The notes under the pieces: generated by a model
Databases searched by the model: none
Seen by the model: only the letters and a program-made list of their open reading frames with translations
What the model was told of the DNA's origin: nothing
Part shown: piece after piece, positions 55,438-64,000 of the stretch
Numbering within the stretch: the first letter of the stretch is position 1
How the letters are laid out: each line of letters starts with the position of its first letter
Position numbers and translations under genes: made by a program
Assembly (NCBI GenBank): GCA_946965045.2
Contig: OX337237.1
Location: 1,798,001 to 1,862,000 of the forward strand
Direction: 5' to 3'
Origin: Epithemia pelagica
Lineage: Eukaryota > Protista > Bacillariophyta
DNA length: 64,000 nt

Positions 55438-56019
55438 TGGTAAGCCTTGAGAATATACAAGTCCACAAAATGCCACACAGTCACATAAAGATGATTTTCC
55501 TTCCGTCGGCATGCGTTGGATGCGTTGGTGGATCGCATCTGGTCCACCCTGTCTACACCATTCATAAACAGGTTGTATGTCACGACGGGGGCAGGGACCG
55601 TAAAGGATTGTTTGTTACATTTCTCTGATGTACCGAATGACTCTGGAGGTACACAAATTTGGAAAGGTTCTGGTCTAATGGAGGCCTATAATTGCACAAT
55701 GAATCATCTTCCTTCAATTATTGAAACAAGCAATTCCTTTTTCATGTAATCTTGCCAGCAACTGTGCTGACATGTGTGTAATGATTCTGTATTTGATTAT
55801 CCTCTGTCTCAAAATACAATGATCACTTGTTCACGTTGTTGCCAATAAATGCTCATGGAGTACTTCATCATCAGACACTTCCTGGCTGTCATCTCTCCCA
55901 AAACCTTGGGGATGTATTAATTTATGAGGTATTGTAGGCAGCCTGTTCCATTGTAGTACTAAGTTTGTGTTATTTGTAATCAATTGTATTATAACATTTA
56001 AGACATTCATAATAATCAA
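55420..56019 (-). mobile_element. Second, divergent piggyBac transposase relic
   Basis: YNLFMNGVDRVDQMRSTN...LKAYQVY (third-Asp region). Confidence 0.65.
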
Positions 56020-56372
56020 GTTCCTTCATTTGAATATGCTCTTAATCAGTACAAAGTCTTGTGAACATGTAACAGGATAGTTTGTGACAAAGGGAACAGA
56101 GGCATTACTTTCTCTAGATTTTTAGGATTTGCCCTTGGTTAGTATTCGTAGTCGCACTATGGGGCCAAAGGTCAAGATCGGCCCACTGAAGTAATGGCCA
56201 GGCTCGAAATTTATTGTCCTGCGCTTTTTCCACCAGCCACCCACGCCTGCCCTTCCAATCACCGTACAATCAAATTCAAACCATTTCTCCGTCTTTGTGA
56301 TGTCCTATCTAATCTATCCGTACCTAAGATTTGCCTAAAACTTGAGTACACTTTGGTACTATTTTGACGTAA

Positions 56373-56825
56373 CTATGTCGTGTCCTTCCGAGTTGCGTTG
56401 ATCTTGTGGAATTTGTTGAAAAACATCTCCATCTTCGTCTGGATTGTTGTTTTGTTTTCATCCACCTTCCTTGGAGGGTATCGAGCTGCGTGATACAGTC
56501 CATAGTAAAGCATGATGGTTCCATCCTTGATCTCATCCACTGCTGTCACGCGATCGTTGTGAGAGTCTTCTTTGTCATCGTCCTGCTCTGTTGCATCCAC
56601 TCGGCCCGTCTTCAAAATACGTTCGCATTTCGCAATCATCTCCATCCTCTTAGCCTCGTCCTTCTCTGCATACACATCCAAAGGCTCTTCTTCGTCACTG
56701 TCATCACTATCCGACATGTTCATCCGTAGGATCTTGTCGAATGTCTTCACAGAGGAGTCGTCATCCATTTGGTTGTTGCTTTTTTTGACTGTCTCCACTA
56801 TTTCTTCTATCATTTCCTCCATCAT
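56373..56825 (-). CDS. Acidic ORF of unknown function
   Basis: 150-aa ORF, no recognised motif. Confidence 0.2.
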   Translation of the reverse strand: MMEEMIEEIVETVKKSNNQMDDDSSVKTFDKILRMNMSDSDDSDEEEPLDVYAEKDEAKRMEMIAKCERILKTGRVDATEQDDDKEDSHNDRVTAVDEIKDGTIMLYYGLYHAARYPPRKVDENKTTIQTKMEMFFNKFHKINATRKDTT

Positions 56826-58012
56826 CTCCTCTTGTAGGGCTTAATAGAACCCATGGAGATAATCTGTCGGTGCTCCTTCCTCATCGTCCCGGAGGATGGT
56901 TGCATTAACGCCGTCAAGTAGCTGCCGGGGGTCCGCCATGGTCGACTCCGCTTTTTTCTTAGTCTTTCGGCTCCAACCATATGTCCACCCTCCAACCCTG
57001 ATTCTTACATGCTGGCTGACTCTTGTCGACTCGGTGAGTCTGCCGGGCGAGCTCCTGTATCCCTATGTATTCCATTCGTTTGACTTAAAATCCTAACTGG
57101 AATGGTTACTAAAGACCTAATACGTATTAGGTTACTTATCGAAAATATCCGTCCGTACGTTCTCACTCTATCTTTCCTACGTCGTGACTGTATCCCTATG
57201 TATTCCATTTGTTTGACTTAAAATTCTAACTGGAATGGTTATTAATGACCTAAATGATGAACCCATCATCTTCGACATTTTTAATATGGTCTTCCATGTC
57301 ACATACACAAAGATTTAAGAATTTCAATTCTTTCACAATTTCGAGAAGCATGCCTTGTGTCTCATCCCTGACGGTATTATCCCGTGTACGTGTACGATAA
57401 TGGTGTGAAGAGTGGGAGGGAATCTCGGAGGGAATTTCATTTGGAGTAGGCGACTCGTGTGACAGTGAATCATTATTTTGGTGATCTTCCTCGGTGTCTT
57501 CTGTAGATTCGTTTTCTTCAATTTTGTTGACATTCCTTTTAGCTTGGTTGATAATGTACTCGTTACAGAACACCTGGTAGAATGGATTTGTCTGTACACT
57601 GGTTCGCGCTGCTCTGATTTCTGTCCATCTGCAAATTGGAGTGTCACACGCTTCCTGGATCCAATGGACTCTGGAACACGAGTGACCCACCCCAGGTAGT
57701 TCTTGCGACTGGAGGACCTAGAGTTCACCACCGCGATATCACCAATATTCCACATATACACGATCCCCGCCACAGGATTCACTGACCGATTCATAACAGA
57801 TCGAGGAACAACGCTAAATTTTGTTATCGATTTGGTCCTATATGGCGATAATGCAACCTGTATGGCGATCATATCTGGCGATATCGCTAGTTATAATTAA
57901 CATGTTGTCGTCTATTTATGCGAGGGACTACTATTGTCCAGACCAAACTACTACTACAACTACTACTAACTCCATACCAGACTGTGTAGGTAGTTCGTCT
58001 CACATTTCTATA

Positions 58013-58363
58013 CTACAGTAGGAATTTTTTGTACAACCGGGAAGTAGTTTCGTGCGAGTCGCGCGGTTTCCCCCTCGTGTGTGACACTTGTGCGACACTT
58101 GTGTGACACTTTGTGACATGGCTTGCAGGAATTTCTCACTACCTACACAGCTTGATAGGGAGTAAGTTTACTACTTCCCTGTGTCTGGCCGTCCTCTCGC
58201 GTCGGGCGCGCCCGGCTTGTCGGGAGAATGACTCGACGGGCAATTGTCTTGTCGGGCGTGCGCCCTCCTCGACCATTGCCCTCCTCGTCATTCTACCCTC
58301 CGCGCCGGGCGGTCCCTCCTTGAAAGGACTCGACACCGGGAAGTATTAATACTACTACTACTA
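58013..58363 (-). mobile_element. Small non-coding structured element (hairpin element B) including flanking TAG units
   Basis: 174-nt foldback at 58172-58345 with three clear 5x5 internal loops. TAG at both ends; (TAG)4 on the 5' side. Confidence 0.7.
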
Positions 58364-58367
58364 CCGC

Positions 58368-61300
58368 CGATAATGGTGACAAGATGAGGTTTCAGTTTGG
58401 AGGATTTGCAACCCATTCCCACTTCAAGAAATGGTATATGAAATCTGGCTTCGCTGTGATTGATTGTATGCTGCTCAACAGTTATATTGTGGAACCTTGC
58501 AGCAGGCAATCGTCCTCGTTCCCGTAAAACGAAGTTGTCGCGGCATGCATTTTACACAATCATTGCCCAAACAATGTGCAGCTACGTCGTTCCTCAGGAA
58601 GTAGACGCTTTGGCTCGTCGGACAAGAAACAACAACGAATCAACATGTAACGATGGGCACTTCCCAGTGGCGGTAGAAAGCAACAAACAAGTTGGATGTG
58701 CTGTGTGCATGCTGGAATATAGATGGAAGAAGCAAGAACTTAAGATGGGGGGGGGGGGGGGTGGTGTGTGATTCAAGAACGTTGGGAGATGCGTCAAGTG
58801 TGGGATTGCGGCCCACACGGTGGCTTGCCAACACAAACGAGAACAAGGCTGGAAAATCCACAACCGGCCTGAGTTTCAGAACAAGACGTGCTTCGAAATC
58901 TTACACTCATCAACAGGAAAAGAGATTTTTGTGGAGGCAGACGAGGGGTCTCGGTACACATACACGGTGAGAAAGAACCATCCCGTTGTGGCGGAACTAC
59001 GGGAAGCACAAGGCTTGACATCAACGTTGACTCAGAAAAGAACACGCCAAGGAGCCGGAGAAACACAACCACGTAGACGAAGACGACAAAATGAGAATGA
59101 AGAGTCGTATCAAATACTGACAACGAGAACAACGAAGATGACGACGAAGATGTTGAAGAGTTGGAGGAAGTGTAGTAAAAAACAGATCAACATATCAAAT
59201 TGACGTTCTAAGCAATATTCAGTTACTACTACGAGGATGTATTGACTCCCTGTGATGCCTAATGGTCAGTAGGAGCAGGAATGAAACCAGTATAAGGGTC
59301 GTCTGTGTTTTCGTTAGGGAAATTTTCACGGACAAAGTCCACTAGGCAAGGAGGCAGTTCACCACGGTTGCCCTCCCCCAGTGTGCCATGGAGCTTGTTG
59401 GAAAGGCGGCGGTACAAATGGTAGCATATGGAACGGTTAGGCTTACCAAGCCCCTTGAGGTGCGTCGCAATATCGTGCATGTAAGGGAGGTGCTCAACAA
59501 CTTGGCACGGGTTGAGTTTGCAAACGGGGCAAACATTCTCCCAAAACATGTATCCATGTTTATTGCTAGAAGACTGTTGAGTATTGTTCAATTCATGAAG
59601 GATGCGGTCAATGCTTTCCATCGTCGCGTATTCTTCAGGAATAAAGCGGGTTTCAGTACGTTCTTCGGCTTGGTGAACTACGTTGCCGTCCTGATTTGTT
59701 GTCATGACAAGATACTTCTGCAGGGTAAAGGGCACAAACACTCCCCTTGATGAACAGTTGTTGTCGGGGAGGTGGGCTTCTGCAATGTCGACAGATTCAC
59801 TGAACGCTAAAAGACAAAACAAAAATGAGGTGAGGAGCATTTGCGCATCGAGAATGGGTTCGATAACAACTTTTGGTAGAATCGTTCCGTACAAACTCAC
59901 CTTCCATCATACCCGGGTCATCCATGTTTGCGTTGTGGTTTGGTTCGACAATTCAATGATCCCAATGACAAAGTGCAATGAGATCAGTCAATGCATTGGA
60001 TACCACAGCGCGATGAAAGCAACAAAAATGATGCTGGCGGAGAGTTAAAACGATCTGTTTTCAAACACGGTTAAGGCGCGAGCAGTATAAGCGAGCATAA
60101 CCACTAATCCCATAAATTTTATGCGAGTAGTAGATTAGTTGCTCGCTAGTGCTTAAGACGCGTTCCTTACGAATGGCGTTAAAAAATGTCTTACCTCGGT
60201 TTAAAACCAATGCCTCGAAGGCACCGAATCACGGATTGGCAGCAAGACAAAAGCCAAAAAAACCTCCAAGTTGGATTCCATCAGCCGATCGAGGTGGTCG
60301 CTCGCGCCGTTGTCGACAAAACACAAGACAACAACAAGACATTGACCACTTTCTGGCCATCTCAGACCTGTAGACAACGTAATTAAATAAAGATGGTTAG
60401 TAGGTCATCCTCTGGTGCTGTGCAATCGTTTGCAGCAGCACAAAGTGCTGCAAGAGCAGCAATGGGCCCTCAGTCGCAACGACTGGGCAACTTGTACAGT
60501 CGACTCCCCGTTCGACGCGGACAACGACGCTCTGGTTACCAAACACTTACCAGGGTTGTGGAGTTTCAACAAGAGATTGATTGTTGTGTGTGTTGAGCCA
60601 AACACAACAACCTCCCCATACCACACAGAGCCCACCACATGCTCTGCCCACTCAACAAGAAAACAAAAGGAAAGCCACACAAGACAAACAAACTGGGAGA
60701 GATCAAGAGACTGGTGGACAAAGCAGCCAAGGAGAGGGAAAGAAACAACAAACAACCATTGTCTGAAGCTAAAAAGCACAGACCAGGAATCACCATGGAG
60801 GACTGGGAGGACTTCATGAAGCCGCGTCCGAATACAGCCAAAAAGTATTGAACCCAGTAAAGTCGTTGACAGGTGAGGAGTTGGCAGAAGAGAGAATGGG
60901 CGAAATCACCAACGGTCATAGTGTGACAGAGACGAGGATGTCGGCCGAACATTTCAAAAATGAAATATTACATAGGGTTTCACACGGTACATTCAACGGT
61001 ATCACGTGTCCCAAGACGATGCATGCGCTTGCTGCATTTATACAAGACACGTGCCTCGGGGCCAAGCGTGATACGGGTATCTTATCGAATTTTTTCGATG
61101 GTATGGAATTTTGTGTACCGACATGCGCGAACAACACTTGTGCCTTGTACGACTCGTTTTCTCGGCAGAAACTCTTGGTTGTGGATTGGGAACTCTTCTT
61201 TCCTGGAGAAGAACTCTCTTGTCCTAGTTGTAACGGCAAACTTCAGCGTACATGGACAAACTTTTCTGAAAAAAAGTGTGTTTTCCCCCTTTTCGGAATA

Positions 61301-64000
61301 AATGGTCCCCCACGCTATGCCATTGTCATGCACCACCGATGCTCGGCATGCAAAACATGCTTCCAAGGGAATGAGGGGCGAATTGGCAAAACTTCCACCC
61401 TGGATCGCCATGGCGTACCCTGTCGAGCCCAAATATGCAAAGGGAATGGCACACGTGATAAAAGAAGCAACACATCTATTTGATGAGCTAATGGTTACCC
61501 ATGGCAATGGCGATCTGTGCTCAAAGCAAATATACAGTGGTATAAACAAAGATTACGAGGACAGACAAATGAGGTACTATTCCTTTTGCGTCTCAACTGG
61601 GCAAAAAAGTGAGGACTATCCTAAAAAGGATGGTGAATGGCTGGTCACCTTTCCTCCACAAGGTGACACCATCCGACAACTCTATGATGCTGCTTGCAAC
61701 TGTGACTGGAACTGGTGGGGTTTGTCAGACCACGACAGACAAACAAGGGAAATACAAATGGTAAAGTGTGAGGGTACCTTTGCATACGACCATACTTTCC
61801 AGGCGGTCAGGAACTACCCCTCAGCCTGCAAGGCCAAGGCAGTCTGGGATATTACCACAGAGAAAGGACAGATTGCATGTGCCATCCTTGTCAAAACAAC
61901 AAGAATCAAGGAGGCTAGCCATGCAGCTGAACAGCTAGCACGTCGCGAATCCTTCAAGCCCAAGGCCCTCTACTCCGACACATGGCCATGCTTGGAAGGA
62001 TACTGGGCATTGATACTTGGGGAAGAAACTGCAAGTAAAGGTCGGCTTGGTCTATTCCACTTTATGCAACGAATCACCAAGACCATGCGACCACGACACA
62101 TCGACTTTCCGAGGGCCCTGCGTGAATTGAAAATGAAATTATATGAGTACAATGATGAAGACATGAACAATGTCATTGAGGCATTGAAGGCGGGGACATT
62201 GTCCAACAGCAAAAAGCAATACACAGAGAGTGAGATTAGTGACTTGCTCAATTCACCAGAGTTTGGACGGGATACGAAAAATACGTACGGAAAACAATTC
62301 GGTCAAAGGGATGCATCATTGTCAAACTTGAAGAATTCAAGATAAACTTCAAGGTGACAGCGTCCCCTGACAAACCGGCCGCAAGAGGAAGACGCGACCC
62401 ACGGACAAACCAGCCTCTCTTTACAAAGGACACTCATCAGGCTATAGGAAATTGCAAGGACAAAGCGCAGTATTTGTCAGATCCATTTCCTGTAGAAGAA
62501 ATGTACGTGACAATCCCACCGAACAAATATGCAAGACATGGCTTACCTGAGTACTTGGGAGTGCGAGGCGAGTCAAAGCTAGAAAGTTTTCATGACAATC
62601 TGGCGCATTTTGGAAATTGTGGGATGCGTGAGAGTTTGGCCGACAACCTGAATCTTTGCGGTACCACACGTTACAATCTTACCATTCGTTACAAGTTTCA
62701 TTTACTCGGAATGAGCGCTGATGAGCGTACAGCCATGCCATCTGGATGGGAAGCTGTGGTTCCAGTGTGGAACCACACTAAACTGAAGTTCATCAACACG
62801 ATGGCTTTTAGGTCTGGGTCAAAAGAACAGTTCGAATGGGTGGATGACTTACCAGAAGATAACGGTGAGCGCTTCTTCTCTGAATACTTGGTGCAACAAG
62901 AGAAGCGTGAGAAAGAAATACCAGAGGACAAGCCAGAGGACAAAGTGCTGCGAAGTTCCAAAGTCGTGAAGGAGGACTCAGAAATAGCTCCTGGGGAGGT
63001 AGCGCCATGGTGGATGTGCCGGGCCGTTGGGAAGTCTCAGCGGCCGGAGCGGTCGTGGTGGTAGCCGCTGGGGAAGCGTCCGACGGCCTCGAAAGATTAC
63101 GTTACAAGGTGTGGGAGGCTCCAGGGTCGGTAGTAGCCGTCGCAGGCTGGAAAAACTGGATTGCAATGAAGCAGCACCAGCAGGAGGGTCCAAATGACTG
63201 GGGTGGAGGCAGTAACAGTGCGGGAGGAGCAACGATTGGCCACGGTGAAGGTAGCCGCAGAAGGTAGGGGGGTGGAGGCAGTAGCAGTGTGGGAGGAGCG
63301 AAGATTGGCCACGGTGAAGGTAGCCGCAGAAGGTAGGGGGTGGAGGCAGTAGCAGTGCGGGAGGAGCGACGATTGGCCACGGTGAAGGTAGCCGCAGAAG
63401 GTACATAGAAAAAGGTACTAAAGGACTATAGAGCTATAGAGTAGGCTGCAAAGATGCGCAGTCGTTGAGAAGCCCGATCACATGATCAACACCGCAATAA
63501 AATAAACGCTCACTCCGTGACTTTTTGCAAATTGTTACACTCGAAAGCTGATCACTGGAAAGGCCTCACAAAGAACTCTTGCGACCCGAGTCCACAAGCT
63601 CCCGTTTCAATGTATTTCTTCTTCTTGACATGCTTCAAATTCTTGCGGATGAACTGCGAAATGTCTAGCATCTGGTGATTAGTTGTTTGTTGATTGCCAT
63701 TGCGAAGGTATTGCAGATAGTGCTGTAGTATATCTACATCCGCTCCGCGGAGTGGGGAGGCACGAGAAGGGGCTATTGACTCCGAGAAGGGCAATAGCTC
63801 CGAGAAGTGGACCGCCTTCTAAATCCGCGTCAGCGGATTTGGCGGTCCACGACGAGGAGCTATTGCCCGCCGAGGAGTCAAAAGCCCCGACAAGTGCCCC
63901 CACGACCAGGAGGGGATGTCGCTTGCTTCTATAACCTCCGAGTCCCCCCCCCCCCCCAATTAACTGTCACACTTTTTTCCCAGGACTGTTTTTTTTGCTC
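58368..64000 (+). repeat. Segmental duplication of 17434-~23060 (about 99% identical by eye)
   Basis: Same ORF set repeated at an offset of ~40.93 kb: piggyBac 3' part, passenger ORF 59259-59900, right TIR 60167-60178+TTAA, Dada-like ORFs 60186-63064, 68/69-bp repeat, hairpin A copy from 63729. Confidence 0.97.

Noticed and set aside
57250-57900. ORFs at 57250-57872 and TGGCGAT repeats near 57842-57885
   Set aside because: No recognisable domain or consistent structure.

Overview
Eukaryotic, transposon-saturated window, most likely from a diatom: the retroelement proteins have the hallmarks of diatom Copia (CoDi) elements. I see no intact host gene, rRNA, tRNA or CRISPR array. Main contents: three Ty1/Copia LTR retrotransposons (6202-14146 minus, 28587-38270 plus, 45274-55351 minus), none with TG...CA ends; a TTAA-flanked piggyBac (15018-19246) carrying a P2X7-ballast/KolX-like passenger ORF; hAT-clan and Dada/DUF6729-like transposase ORFs; relics of Copia, piggyBac and tyrosine-recombinase elements; pseudogene fragments (P450, papain-like, two endonuclease III-like, SET); several minisatellites; and a ~99% identical duplication of 17434-~23060 at 58368-64000. 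Two observations stand out. (1) Two small (~340-375 bp) TAG-bounded elements with unrelated stem sequences fold into the same ~180-nt rod with repeated 5x5 internal loops (G[AC]G[AG]A opposite G[ACT]C[ACG]A). One cleanly interrupts a gene and the other sits at the duplication breakpoint. (2) Two divergent Copia elements both carry a conserved GWYIDGT domain plus three predicted membrane segments between gag and pol. All family assignments come from motif recognition by eye; no database search was run.
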